A stretch of DNA of 64,000 bases from Longimicrobiales bacterium (GTDB lineage: Bacteria > Gemmatimonadota > Gemmatimonadetes > Longimicrobiales > Gaopeijiaceae), in contig CBDANG010000009.1 of NCBI GenBank assembly GCA_965197485.1, positions 113,977 to 177,976 of the forward strand. Direction: 5' to 3'. This document shows, piece by piece, positions 20,764 through 31,987 of the stretch (position 1 is its first letter; every line of letters starts with the position of its first letter). A program made the position numbers and the translations under genes. The notes below the pieces were generated by a model. It was not told where the DNA came from. It did no database searches and was given only the letters and a program-made list of their open reading frames with translations.

Positions 20764-21885
20764 TCATGGCTGATCCTCCATGAGGCCGATGAAATGCTCG
20801 AAGAGATATCTCGAGTCATGCGGCCCCGGGGCGGACTCAGGGTGGTACTGCACGGAGAAGACCGGGCGACTGGTGTGCTCGAGCCCCTCCAGCGTTCCGT
20901 CATACAGGTTCACATGCGTGACTCGGAGATCGGGCGCCCCTGGAATGGTCCCCGCGTCGTCGACCTCCACTGCGAAGCCATGGTTTTGGGACGTGATCTC
21001 GACGTGATCCTTGTCGAGGGCGCGCACAGGATGGTTCGCGCCGTGGTGTCCAAAGGGGAGCTTGAAAGTCCGGGCGCCAAAGGCCCGAGCGATCAGTTGA
21101 TGACCGAGGCAGATTCCGAACACCGGCACACCCTCTGCGGACACCGCCAGGATAGCCTCGGCGGCTAGCTCCACCGCTGACGGGTCTCCGGGGCCGTTCG
21201 ATACAAACAATCCGTCCGGCGCTTCGGCGAGGATCTCCTCAGCCGTGGTGTGGGCCGGGATCACCGTGACCCGGCACCCATGTTCGGCTAAGAGCCTTGG
21301 CGAGTGAGCTTTCACGCCGAAGTCGTACGAAAGGACGTGGAACCTTTCCTCACCGTGCGCCTCGATATGATAGCGTTCACTTGTACTGACTCCCGAAGCG
21401 AGGTCTAGCCCCTCCATCATTGGCTGGGCTTGAACAAGATCCAGAAACTCGGCGTCCTCCTGATCAGCGCTGGCGATTCCGCCGCGCATTGCACCGCGGT
21501 CGCGGATATGCCGAGTCAAGGCCCTGGTGTCGACGCCGGTGATCCCTACGATGCCATGGCTCGCGAGGTATTCCGACAGCCCACGCTGGGCACGCCAAGA
21601 TGAAGCCCTACGAGCGGCCTCTCTTACGACGAACCCCGCCACCTTCGGGCCAGGGGACTCGGAGTCCTGATCGTTCACCCCGTAGTTGCCAATCAGCGGG
21701 TAGGTCATTGCGACGAGCTGACCGGAGTAGGAAGGATCGGTCAGAACCTCCTGGTACCCGGTCATCGCGGTATTGAAGACTACTTCGCCAAAACAGGAAC
21801 CGTCCGCCCCCAGGGAGGACCCGTCGAACCGGCGCCCATCCTCCAGCAACAGATACTTTGGAGAAAGCTCTTGGGTCTCAGACAC
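20764..21885 (-). CDS. carA: carbamoyl-phosphate synthase small (glutaminase) subunit
   Basis: Contains GEVVFNTAMTGYQEVLTDPSYSGQLV, the active-site GICLGHQL, and VQYHPE. Start set to GTG 21885, 8 nt after AAGGAG; the track ORF extends to 22107. Confidence 0.9.
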   Translation of the reverse strand: MSETQELSPKYLLLEDGRRFDGSSLGADGSCFGEVVFNTAMTGYQEVLTDPSYSGQLVAMTYPLIGNYGVNDQDSESPGPKVAGFVVREAARRASSWRAQRGLSEYLASHGIVGITGVDTRALTRHIRDRGAMRGGIASADQEDAEFLDLVQAQPMMEGLDLASGVSTSERYHIEAHGEERFHVLSYDFGVKAHSPRLLAEHGCRVTVIPAHTTAEEILAEAPDGLFVSNGPGDPSAVELAAEAILAVSAEGVPVFGICLGHQLIARAFGARTFKLPFGHHGANHPVRALDKDHVEITSQNHGFAVEVDDAGTIPGAPDLRVTHVNLYDGTLEGLEHTSRPVFSVQYHPESAPGPHDSRYLFEHFIGLMEDQP

Positions 21886-22067
21886 AGCGTGTCTCTCCTT
21901 TCCTGGCCCCACACGGGCACCGGGTACCCTCCTACAGCGGGAATGTAGCGTTCCCCGGCTCTTTGCCGTGGAGTCCGAAACTTCCACTCTGCGCGGTGGG
22001 CTCATACCTTCGTAGCCCATCTCGGCCTCAGGCAAGGGCTGAGAGTCAACTCTCCGACCACGAGCGC

Positions 22068-22685
22068 ATGGGTGAACCGACCGAAGCAGGCGTTTCGAAC
22101 TCGTCATTCGAGGTGGTGATCCACGCCGACGAGTCCTGCCTTGGCAACCAGTTTACAACCCGCTCGAGCCGTGGGGGTGCGGCCGGTCTTGCGGAGTTCT
22201 GGAAGAGGGACAGATGGATCCGGCGCGACTATTGGATCTCTGAGTCCGACACGACCAACAATCGAATGGCCATACGGAGCGCGATCGAAGGAATCAGGGG
22301 GCTGACTCGACCCTGTAGCTTGCGATTCGTCTCCGACTCCCAGTACCTCGTAAAAGGCATGGCCGAGTGGCTCGCGACCTGGAAAGCGAAGGGATGGAAG
22401 CGAAAGGGAGGGCCGATCGAGAACCTCGAGCTATGGAAGGAGCTCGACCAGGAGGCCGCCCGCTACACGATCGAGTGGGCTTGGGTTAGAGGCCACGTGG
22501 GACACGCGCGAAACGAATACGTCAACGATCTGGCCGTCCGGGCAGCGGAGCGCCAGGATGCCTCGGGAGGTTTCCAGGAGTCGGGATTCGAGCAGTGGCT
22601 GCTACGGGAACGGGATGAAAAAGGGCGCTATCTGGACTTCTCCGAGTTCGCTCCACCGGGTGAAGCTGGCAGCGGATTAGATTAG
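22068..22685 (+). CDS. rnhA: RNase HI-like protein (Ala at the canonical catalytic Glu position, ~50-aa C-terminal extension)
   Basis: Contains VVIHADESCLGN, TTNNRMAIRSA, VSDSQYL and GHVGHARNEYVNDLA. Start is ATG 22068. Confidence 0.75.
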   Translation: MGEPTEAGVSNSSFEVVIHADESCLGNQFTTRSSRGGAAGLAEFWKRDRWIRRDYWISESDTTNNRMAIRSAIEGIRGLTRPCSLRFVSDSQYLVKGMAEWLATWKAKGWKRKGGPIENLELWKELDQEAARYTIEWAWVRGHVGHARNEYVNDLAVRAAERQDASGGFQESGFEQWLLRERDEKGRYLDFSEFAPPGEAGSGLD

Positions 22686-23393
22686 CCCCGCCTCCCGCCG
22701 GACCAGGCTCTCGAAGACCTCCCCGAATGCCTCTTCCGTCCGCGCGATGACCTCATCCATTGCTACATTGCCTTCCAATAGGCGCTCCAGTGACGTCACT
22801 CTCCGGTCCGGGCGGCCACAGGGAATGATGGTCTCGAAGTAGGACAGATCCGTATTCACGTTTAGGGCAAACCCGTGAGAGGTGATCCAGCCCGACGACA
22901 CCCTCACTCCGATTGCCGCGATCTTACCTCCCGCTGTCCAGACTCCCGTGTCCCCGGGGATTCGGAGGCTCTCGATCCCGAACCCTCGAACGACCCGGAT
23001 CAGGACCTCCTCTAGGTCTCGCAAGTAGCGGTGGATGTCCTTACGATCGCGGCCCAGTTCGAGGATCGGGTACCCAACCAGCTGTCCTGGGCCATGGTAG
23101 GTGACATCCCCTCCTCTCCCCGTTTCAACTAGCTCGATCCCTAGCGCACGCCGCTCTTGAAGATCGGCGATGACGTGTTCGGGGTCCGCCGACGAGCCCA
23201 TGGTGATCACATGGGGGTGTTCTAGGAGGAGGAGCTGATCCGTGAGTGTGCCGAGCCGCCGGCGTGCTACGAGATCCCGCTGAAGATCGACCGCTTTCTG
23301 ATACGCGACCGAGCCGAGCCACCGCACTTCCACCACCCGGGAGTCCTCCGGTGGACCGACCGGCGATACATCGGGTGTATCGTCCAGCGACAT
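22677..23393 (-). CDS. lipB: octanoyltransferase (lipoyl(octanoyl) transferase)
   Basis: Contains RGGDVTYHGPGQLVGYPIL, GGKIAAIGVRV and IIPCG. Confidence 0.9.
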   Translation of the reverse strand: MSLDDTPDVSPVGPPEDSRVVEVRWLGSVAYQKAVDLQRDLVARRRLGTLTDQLLLLEHPHVITMGSSADPEHVIADLQERRALGIELVETGRGGDVTYHGPGQLVGYPILELGRDRKDIHRYLRDLEEVLIRVVRGFGIESLRIPGDTGVWTAGGKIAAIGVRVSSGWITSHGFALNVNTDLSYFETIIPCGRPDRRVTSLERLLEGNVAMDEVIARTEEAFGEVFESLVRREAGLI

Positions 23394-23416
23394 ATTATCC
23401 CGACGCGCTGCGCAAG

Positions 23417-24865
23417 CTATGCGTCGTCCGGAAAGTCCCCCAGCATCTGCTTGAGATTGGCAAGAAACCGAGCTGCATCTGCCCCATCCACGATGCGGTG
23501 ATCGTAGCCGAGTGCGAAGATGGCCCGCCTCCGGACGGCAATCGAATCGACTCCCGTGTCGGGATCCGAAACCACCACGACTCGCTTTTCGATCGCTCCC
23601 GTCCCTAGGATCCCAGCCGTTCCCTTCGGGATAATCGGCAATCCGACGAGGGTACCAAGCACGCCCGGATTCGTTATCGTGAATGTGCCACCCTGGATCT
23701 CGTCTGGAGCCAAGCGGCGAGAGCGTGCCCGCTCGGCAAGATCGACAATCTTCTTCGCGACCCCCACCAAGGAGAGATCGTCCGCATCGCGGATGACAGG
23801 CACGATCAGACCCGGGTCCAAATCGACCGCGATTCCAAGGTTCACGTTCCCTCGATAGATCACGTTGTTGCCTGAGGCGGTCGCGTTCACCATTGGGAAT
23901 TCTCGAAGCACCCGGGACACCGCCCAGGCCACGAAGGCGGTAAAGCTGACCCGGACTCCTTGCTCACTCCACCTTAGCCCGTTTTCCCTTCGGATCTGGT
24001 CGACCTGCGAAAAGTCGATCTCGATGAAGGAGTGCACGTGCGGCGCGATCCGCTTGGCCAGGACCATGTGCTCGGCAGTGAGGCGGCGGACCTTGTCCAT
24101 CGTTTCGACCTGATCGCCGTCTCGCACCGGAAACTCGGGATGCTGTGCCTGTCCGAAGAACGCCTTCCACAGCTCCGAGGTAGACGAGGCCAAAGCTGAG
24201 CCCGCTTCGACGATAGATGTCTCAGGGAATGGGGCTGACTCTCCCTCTCTCGAATCTCCGTGGCCATCCCCGAGATACTCCAGCAGATCCTGCTTCGTGA
24301 CGCGACCGCCCTTGCCACTCCCATAGCCTTCGAGCTCGGTCAGGTCGATACCGTGCTCCTCAGCCATGCGCCGCACCACCGGAGTCGATCGGCGACGCAG
24401 GTGCTTCTCCGCAGTTGGCTCTTTGACAGGTTCAGCTGCGATCCCCGGGAGTTCGGACGATACGCCCGGGGACAGGGGCGCAGCCCGAGCTTCGGCGGTG
24501 CTCGCTTCGCCGCCATCTTCCGAAACGTCTGGAACCGCGTGCGCGGGCCCAGAGTCGTCGTCGGCTTCTCCCTCGTCCACGCCAACCTGAACTGCACCAG
24601 AAGGGGCATCGCCAGCGGGGACCCCATCGCTGTCAATGTAGGCGACGATGGTGCCCACCTCGACCGTCTCGCCCTCCCCGACGAGAACTTCAGCCAAGAT
24701 TCCGGCTTGGGGTGCGGGAATCTCAGCGTCAACCTTGTCAGTTGAGATCTCTAAGATTGGCTCGTCCCGTTCTACTGGCTCACCGGCGTTCTTGAGCCAC
24801 TTGGAGACGGTACCTTCCGCGATGGACTCGCCCATCTGCGGCATGGGGACTTCGATGCGCGCCAC
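23417..24865 (-). CDS. 2-oxoacid dehydrogenase E2 component (dihydrolipoamide acyltransferase)
   Basis: It has an N-terminal lipoyl domain (EISTDKVDAEIPAP), an E3-binding segment (TPVVRRMAEEHGIDL) and a catalytic domain with DHRIVDGADAARFL. No E1 or E3 gene is in the window, so the complex type is unassigned. Confidence 0.85.
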   Translation of the reverse strand: MARIEVPMPQMGESIAEGTVSKWLKNAGEPVERDEPILEISTDKVDAEIPAPQAGILAEVLVGEGETVEVGTIVAYIDSDGVPAGDAPSGAVQVGVDEGEADDDSGPAHAVPDVSEDGGEASTAEARAAPLSPGVSSELPGIAAEPVKEPTAEKHLRRRSTPVVRRMAEEHGIDLTELEGYGSGKGGRVTKQDLLEYLGDGHGDSREGESAPFPETSIVEAGSALASSTSELWKAFFGQAQHPEFPVRDGDQVETMDKVRRLTAEHMVLAKRIAPHVHSFIEIDFSQVDQIRRENGLRWSEQGVRVSFTAFVAWAVSRVLREFPMVNATASGNNVIYRGNVNLGIAVDLDPGLIVPVIRDADDLSLVGVAKKIVDLAERARSRRLAPDEIQGGTFTITNPGVLGTLVGLPIIPKGTAGILGTGAIEKRVVVVSDPDTGVDSIAVRRRAIFALGYDHRIVDGADAARFLANLKQMLGDFPDDA

Positions 24866-24898
24866 GTTTTTTCCTCCCTGCTCCCTACGGAACCACGA

Positions 24899-25288
24899 TC
24901 ATGGGTCCGGAGCTGGCTCCGCCGGTCCCGTGTCACCCGTCGGTCCCGCATCGGGAACGACAGGTGTCGGAGCGGGAGCGTCGGCCTCTGGAAGCAAAGG
25001 TGTTGGGGCGGCGGACGGCTGCAGGTCCTGTTGGAGGATGGAGCTCGGCGCCTGCGCCCTCGATGAGAGGATTGCCAGAATTAGAGACAGCACCATGAAG
25101 GCACCGCCCGCAGACCAGCTCGCGCGCGTCAGGAAGGTGGTAGCCTGTCGCCCACCAAGGATCCCCTCTGTAGCCGTGACCCCTCCGCCCATAGCAGCTA
25201 GACCCCCTCCCTTTCCGGATTGCAGGAGGATAACCACCGTCAGAAAGAGTCCATCCAGGAGAAGGAGGGCCAGAAGAAAACCGTACAT
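24899..25288 (-). CDS. secG: preprotein translocase subunit SecG
   Basis: Contains MYGFLLALLLLDGLFLTVVILLQSGKGGGL and a second TM segment, followed by a Pro/Ala-rich tail. Confidence 0.85.
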   Translation of the reverse strand: MYGFLLALLLLDGLFLTVVILLQSGKGGGLAAMGGGVTATEGILGGRQATTFLTRASWSAGGAFMVLSLILAILSSRAQAPSSILQQDLQPSAAPTPLLPEADAPAPTPVVPDAGPTGDTGPAEPAPDP

Positions 25289-25350
25289 GGACAGATGGTG
25301 GGTTCAGGGATCTGACAAGAAAAGCAAGGTCGCCCTGCCGATCGGGAGTG

Positions 25351-26124
25351 TCAACCAGCCGCCTGGGCGATTTGGGCGAAGGACTCAGGATCGAGCGACG
25401 CTCCTCCAACGAGCACACCATCGACGTCAGAGGCCGCGAGGAGGCCCCGTGTATTCTCCGGTTTAACCGATCCTCCGTATAGAATCGGCACCGACCGGGC
25501 CATCTCCGGACCCGCTGTCGCTACCAGCCTCTCCCGGAGGAGTCCGTGGGCATCTTCCGCATCCTGCGGAGTCGCGGTCTGGCCCGTGCCAATAGCCCAC
25601 ACCGGCTCGTACGCAAGTATGATCGGACCTGCACCCGACGACTCCGTCGTCAGGCTAAGGCTGACCCCAAGATTCAGTACCGCATCCAACTGGCGCGTCA
25701 CCACTTCTTCGAGCCGACCCTGCTGTCGCTCCTCGAGTGTTTCACCCACGCAGAGGACTGGCGTGATTCCGGCGCGTTTGGCGGCCCGAACCTTCAGGGC
25801 GGTCTCGGGATCGGTCTCGCCAAACACGTGTCTGCGTTCAGAGTGCCCTATCAAGGCAAAGCTGGCACCTGCATCGGCTGCCATCTCAGCGGAGACTTGT
25901 CCGGTGAGCGCGCCCGAGGACTCCCAGTGGATATCTTGCACTCCAAGCGCTATCAGCGAATCCTCGGCGAGCCCCGCCTTGGCCTCGGTGAGCGAGATCA
26001 TCGATGGAAAGAGGAGCAGCCCGACCCGTAGGGGATCCACGTCGGGTCTAAAGCGCTCGAGGAACTGTCGTGCCTCGGAAGGGCCGTGATTCATCTTCCA
26101 ATTCCCCGCTACAATCACCCTCAT
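25351..26124 (-). CDS. tpiA: triosephosphate isomerase
   Basis: Contains MRVIVAGNWKMN, GHSERR and YEPVWAIGTG. ATG 26124 is preceded by GGAGG (the track ORF starts at 26157). Confidence 0.9.
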   Translation of the reverse strand: MRVIVAGNWKMNHGPSEARQFLERFRPDVDPLRVGLLLFPSMISLTEAKAGLAEDSLIALGVQDIHWESSGALTGQVSAEMAADAGASFALIGHSERRHVFGETDPETALKVRAAKRAGITPVLCVGETLEERQQGRLEEVVTRQLDAVLNLGVSLSLTTESSGAGPIILAYEPVWAIGTGQTATPQDAEDAHGLLRERLVATAGPEMARSVPILYGGSVKPENTRGLLAASDVDGVLVGGASLDPESFAQIAQAAG

Positions 26125-26157
26125 TCCAGCCTCCACTTCCTGACGATCTCCATCCAT

Positions 26158-28408
<2,251 letters not shown>

Positions 28409-28462
28409 CTACTGATCTCCTTTCTCGTTTCGACGGTGATATCGAAGTTTGACGGCACCCTG

Positions 28463-29227
28463 TCACCCACCTGTTGGGAGAGATCGAGCGAAGGTCAGAA
28501 GCCGCACCGTCGCGGCCCCTCCCCCTTGCAGCGTGGTTGCGGCGGCCGAGGCGGTAGCCCCGGTCGTGAGAACGTCATCCACCAAGACCAGGTGAGTGCC
28601 GCGTATCAAGGATTGCGCGCCCGGCTGGAGGGAGAAAACTCCATCGACGTTGGTCCGGCGTTCCCCCGGCTGCAGGGCAACCTGACTCATCCCCTCAGTG
28701 CCCCTTTCGAGCGCGTCAATGAGCGTTCCACCTGTGCGATTTGCGACCTCTTTCGCTAGGAGCCTCGCCTGATTGTAACCTCGGCGGCGGAGACGTCTAG
28801 GGGTTGTAGGGACCGGAACGAGCGGGAGATCCAGAATGGAATCGAATGTTCGTCGCGTCGACTCGATCATCCGCTCGGCCAGCTCCCCGGCCAAGTCCGG
28901 CCACCCGCCGTATTTGAGCGCGTGGACAAGCTTATCCGCAGGGGGAGCCAAGACCGCCGCGCATCGGGCCGCAACCAGGACGCTCGGCCAGCTGTGGCAC
29001 TCCGGACAGGCACGGTCTTCTGAAAGCCCTGTGCCGCGGGGGGCGTGACAGCGAAGACATCGAGGATAGGCGGGAGGCTTCAGTCGAGTCAGGCAGCTCG
29101 GGCAGATCTGAGGATTGCCCTCGCGCCTGTGCTGGACGCTGGGGAGACTCCCCGCGCATCCTCCGCACGCGGGTGGAAGAAGGAATTCCATCAGACGCGA
29201 AGACCAGCGCCCTGGCGCCGATCTCAT
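28463..29227 (-). CDS. ComF-family phosphoribosyltransferase-like protein
   Basis: N-terminal Cys pairs (CGGC...CPSC, CLRC...CPEC) and the PRTase motif LVLVDDVLTTGATA. Start set to ATG 29227, overlapping the aroE stop (ATGA). Confidence 0.8.
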   Translation of the reverse strand: MRSAPGRWSSRLMEFLLPPACGGCAGSLPSVQHRREGNPQICPSCLTRLKPPAYPRCLRCHAPRGTGLSEDRACPECHSWPSVLVAARCAAVLAPPADKLVHALKYGGWPDLAGELAERMIESTRRTFDSILDLPLVPVPTTPRRLRRRGYNQARLLAKEVANRTGGTLIDALERGTEGMSQVALQPGERRTNVDGVFSLQPGAQSLIRGTHLVLVDDVLTTGATASAAATTLQGGGAATVRLLTFARSLPTGG

Positions 29228-30081
29228 CCCGGCTGGATACCGTCTTGCGGTCCGCGCCGAGCCTGGTCGAGCGCTCGGAACATCGCCTCCAGTGGTGCGG
29301 GCCGATCCCACCACCTCTCAAACGCCTCCGCCCCCTGGCGTACCAGCATCTCACCCCCGTCGGCGGCAGGTATCTCCAGTGACCTGGCCTCTCGCACCAG
29401 GGCGGTCCCGTTGGCGCGATAGACCAGATCCAAAATCGCCCCGGGACGCTGCACGGCGCGCAGGTCAAGGGGCATCGGATCGTCCGCTCTGAGCCCCAGC
29501 GAGGTTGAGTTAACGATCAGGTCGAACGTCTGTGCGCCAAGCTCCCCCTCCGACCGGATCACTCGGGTGCGATCCTCCCCCAGCTCCCGTGCGAGTTCTT
29601 CTGCACGACCAGCAGTCCGGTTCCAGACGGCCACCGCCCCAATACCATCGCTCATGAGCGCCACGATGGCCGCTCGGGCGGCACCGCCAGCCCCGAGCAG
29701 CAGTGCGCTCGATCCAACCGGTGGTTTTCCTAGAAGGGATCGAACCGCGCCCTGGAAGCCAGCCACATCAGTGTTGTCGCCCCGTAGCCGGCCTTCGGAG
29801 GACCAGAAGGTGTTGCATGCCCCGGTCCGCTCAACCAGGTCGCTCGGCTCATCGACGAGCGCCGCTGCAGCCTCCTTGTGGGGGAGAGTGACGTTCCCTC
29901 CCCCCCCCGCGTGGGCGATCCCCCGCATCAATCCGCCCAATCCTTCGGATGTGCACCGCAGCGCGACATAAACGCCGTCTACGCCCGCCGCTTCGAACGC
30001 CGGGTTCTGGATACTCGGCGATAGCGAGTGTGTGACCGGTTCCCCTAGCACCGCGAAGAGCTTCGTCGACGCTTGACTCAT
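29224..30081 (-). CDS. aroE: shikimate dehydrogenase
   Basis: Contains VLGEPVTHSLSPSIQNPAF, GGNVTLPHK and LLLGAGGAARA. Confidence 0.9.
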   Translation of the reverse strand: MSQASTKLFAVLGEPVTHSLSPSIQNPAFEAAGVDGVYVALRCTSEGLGGLMRGIAHAGGGGNVTLPHKEAAAALVDEPSDLVERTGACNTFWSSEGRLRGDNTDVAGFQGAVRSLLGKPPVGSSALLLGAGGAARAAIVALMSDGIGAVAVWNRTAGRAEELARELGEDRTRVIRSEGELGAQTFDLIVNSTSLGLRADDPMPLDLRAVQRPGAILDLVYRANGTALVREARSLEIPAADGGEMLVRQGAEAFERWWDRPAPLEAMFRALDQARRGPQDGIQPG

Positions 30082-30625
30082 TGCGACTCGGCCGGGGTAG
30101 CCGCCTCAGGGCCTTCTCTACTAGCAACAAGAGCTGATCAAAGGTCTCATCATATAACGCATCATCCCCACCGATCGGGTCCATGACTCCCGCCGACGAA
30201 CTCTCCGCGAATGCTTCCAAATCCGCCGCGAACTCGGTGATCAACGCGGCCTTGTCCGCCCCTCCCAGGGTCTCGACCGCGAAGAGGTGCCCAGGCGACA
30301 TCGTGAGGATCAGGTCGGCCCAGCGGACGAGATCCGCATCCAGCTGAGTGCTGCGATGAAGGGAGAGGTCGATTCCGTGGCCCTCCGCAGCTCTGAGAGC
30401 ACCCACGCTGACTGGGCTTCCGGAGAGCGCAGCGACTCCAGCCGACTTCACCTCGATGTGCTTCCACTCCCAGTCCTGCAGCCTACGCCGAGCCAGTCCG
30501 AGCGCCATAGGGCTGCGACACGTGTTCCCGGTACAAACGAAAAGAAGGCGGACCGGAGGAGGAGGCTCCTCTTCGGACCACAACACAGCTCCCTTCGGAT
30601 CAGGATCGCGCTCACCTTCCGTCAT
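29849..30625 (-). CDS. low-molecular-weight protein tyrosine/arginine phosphatase (YwlE-like) with an unusual read-through tail
   Basis: P-loop LLFVCTGNTCRSP and Asp loop MDPIGGDD. Start is ATG 30625. The first in-frame stop is not until 29849, 233 nt inside aroE. Confidence 0.75.
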   Translation of the reverse strand: MTEGERDPDPKGAVLWSEEEPPPPVRLLFVCTGNTCRSPMALGLARRRLQDWEWKHIEVKSAGVAALSGSPVSVGALRAAEGHGIDLSLHRSTQLDADLVRWADLILTMSPGHLFAVETLGGADKAALITEFAADLEAFAESSSAGVMDPIGGDDALYDETFDQLLLLVEKALRRLPRPSRNESSVDEALRGARGTGHTLAIAEYPEPGVRSGGRRRRLCRAAVHIRRIGRIDAGDRPRGGGRERHSPPQGGCSGARR

Positions 30626-31274
30626 GGAATTCAGCCACCACTTCTTTGAGGGTCTTCGCGGGAATCCGGCCCCGCCGAAGCAGCCGCGGAACAGCGTCAG
30701 TACAGTCGACGATCGTGCTCGGCTCGGACGAGACGAGGGGTCCCCCGTCCGCAACCCATAGACGATCGATACCTGCTCGTCCTTCCACAACTTGCAACAC
30801 TTCGTCGACCGTTTGGGCGGGGGCTTCCCCGGGCATGTTCGCACTGGTCGAAAGGAGGGGGCCCCTCCAAGCCTCCATCAGCCCCTCGACGAAGGGGTTG
30901 GAGCTGACCCGCACCGCCACTCCCCCTTCGCGACTGCGAACCCCATCAGGGAATCGGCCGGCGGCGTCCGAGATCACCAGCGTCAAAGGGCCCGGCCAAT
31001 GGCGCTCGGCTAGCGACAAGGCTTGCGGACCCCACGCTAGTTCTGCCGCTGACTTGTGCCCCGCGTCTGGAAGAAGCATGAGGAAGGGCTTGTCGCTCCG
31101 CCTTCCCTTGAGGGCACGCAGGGCCGCGACCCCCTGCGACGTGGCCGGGGCTCCGAGCCCGTAGACTGTCTCGGTAGGATAGGCGAGGAGTCCTCCTCTC
31201 TCCAGATGCGTTGCGATCCTCTCTAGCTGGGAGGCATCACCGGGATCGGCCGGGAAGACATACAGAGGAATCAA
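30612..31274 (-). CDS. tsaC: L-threonylcarbamoyladenylate synthase (YrdC/Sua5 domain)
   Basis: Contains LAYPTETVYGLGA, KGRRSDKPFLMLL and LLSTSAN; 220 aa. Confidence 0.85.
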   Translation of the reverse strand: MIPLYVFPADPGDASQLERIATHLERGGLLAYPTETVYGLGAPATSQGVAALRALKGRRSDKPFLMLLPDAGHKSAAELAWGPQALSLAERHWPGPLTLVISDAAGRFPDGVRSREGGVAVRVSSNPFVEGLMEAWRGPLLSTSANMPGEAPAQTVDEVLQVVEGRAGIDRLWVADGGPLVSSEPSTIVDCTDAVPRLLRRGRIPAKTLKEVVAEFHDGR

Positions 31275-31987
31275 TCGCGCCTCTCCGGCTCACGAACCCG
31301 AGCCCGCAGGTGCTCTGCGATCACCAGGTCTTCGGGATCGGTGACCTTCAGGTTCCAAGGAGCACCCTCTACCATGCGAACGGTCCCTCCGAATCGCGCG
31401 AAGATCTCCGCGTCATCGGTGGCCCAAACCCCCTCCTCGATCGCCTGGCGGTAGGCCTCAGCCAGCTGCTGACGGGGAAATGCCTGTGGCGTCTGCGCCC
31501 TCCAGAGCCTTGAACGGTCCGGGGTCGCGACGACTTGATGATCCGGTCCCACCTCCTTCAGCGTGTCTGCAATCGGCCAACCCGCGACCACGCCCTCACC
31601 GTGTTCGGCTGCCTGGACACACCGATCGATGATACCCCGCGTCACAAGGGGCCGGGCAGCGTCGTGCACGAGCACCCACTCGACGGTAGTTGCGAGGGCT
31701 GAAAGCGCCGCCTGAACGGAATCGCGCCGGGTCTCGCCGCCGGGAACGACCCGCACTCGGGAATCCAGCTCTCGGAGCCACCGAGGCGGATCGTCGGCGT
31801 CTTCCTGCGCGAGCGCCACGACAACCGACTGGACCTGAGGATGCTCCAGGAATGGGTCGAGGGCATGACGGAGGAGCGGGGTTCCGCCCAGAGTCAGAAA
31901 GGCCTTGCGCTGGCCTCCCAACCGGACTCCTGATCCGGCCGCCGGCACTGCCACCCCGAGAGAGCCCCGCTCAGAAAGGCGCGTCAC
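31271..31987 (-). CDS. ispD: 2-C-methyl-D-erythritol 4-phosphate cytidylyltransferase
   Basis: Contains AVPAAGSGVRLGGQRKAFL, VLVHDAARP and AQTPQAF. Confidence 0.9.
   Translation of the reverse strand: MTRLSERGSLGVAVPAAGSGVRLGGQRKAFLTLGGTPLLRHALDPFLEHPQVQSVVVALAQEDADDPPRWLRELDSRVRVVPGGETRRDSVQAALSALATTVEWVLVHDAARPLVTRGIIDRCVQAAEHGEGVVAGWPIADTLKEVGPDHQVVATPDRSRLWRAQTPQAFPRQQLAEAYRQAIEEGVWATDDAEIFARFGGTVRMVEGAPWNLKVTDPEDLVIAEHLRARVREPERRD

Noticed and set aside
21886-22107. N-terminal extensions of track ORFs: carA to 22107, the outer-membrane protein to 39741, the histidine kinase to 48569, the SDR from 42315, TetR from 48349, rnhA from 21858 and the LMW-PTP to 30844.
   Set aside because: The extensions overlap neighbouring genes or lack any homology-like sequence. 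Internal starts with SD-like sequences or stop/start overlaps fit the conserved N-termini better.
29900-29908. C9 homopolymer (G9 on the coding strand) as a slipped-strand phase-variation tract.
   Set aside because: It encodes the conserved Gly run just before the NVTLPHK motif of aroE, and the frame is intact. Nothing suggests switching.
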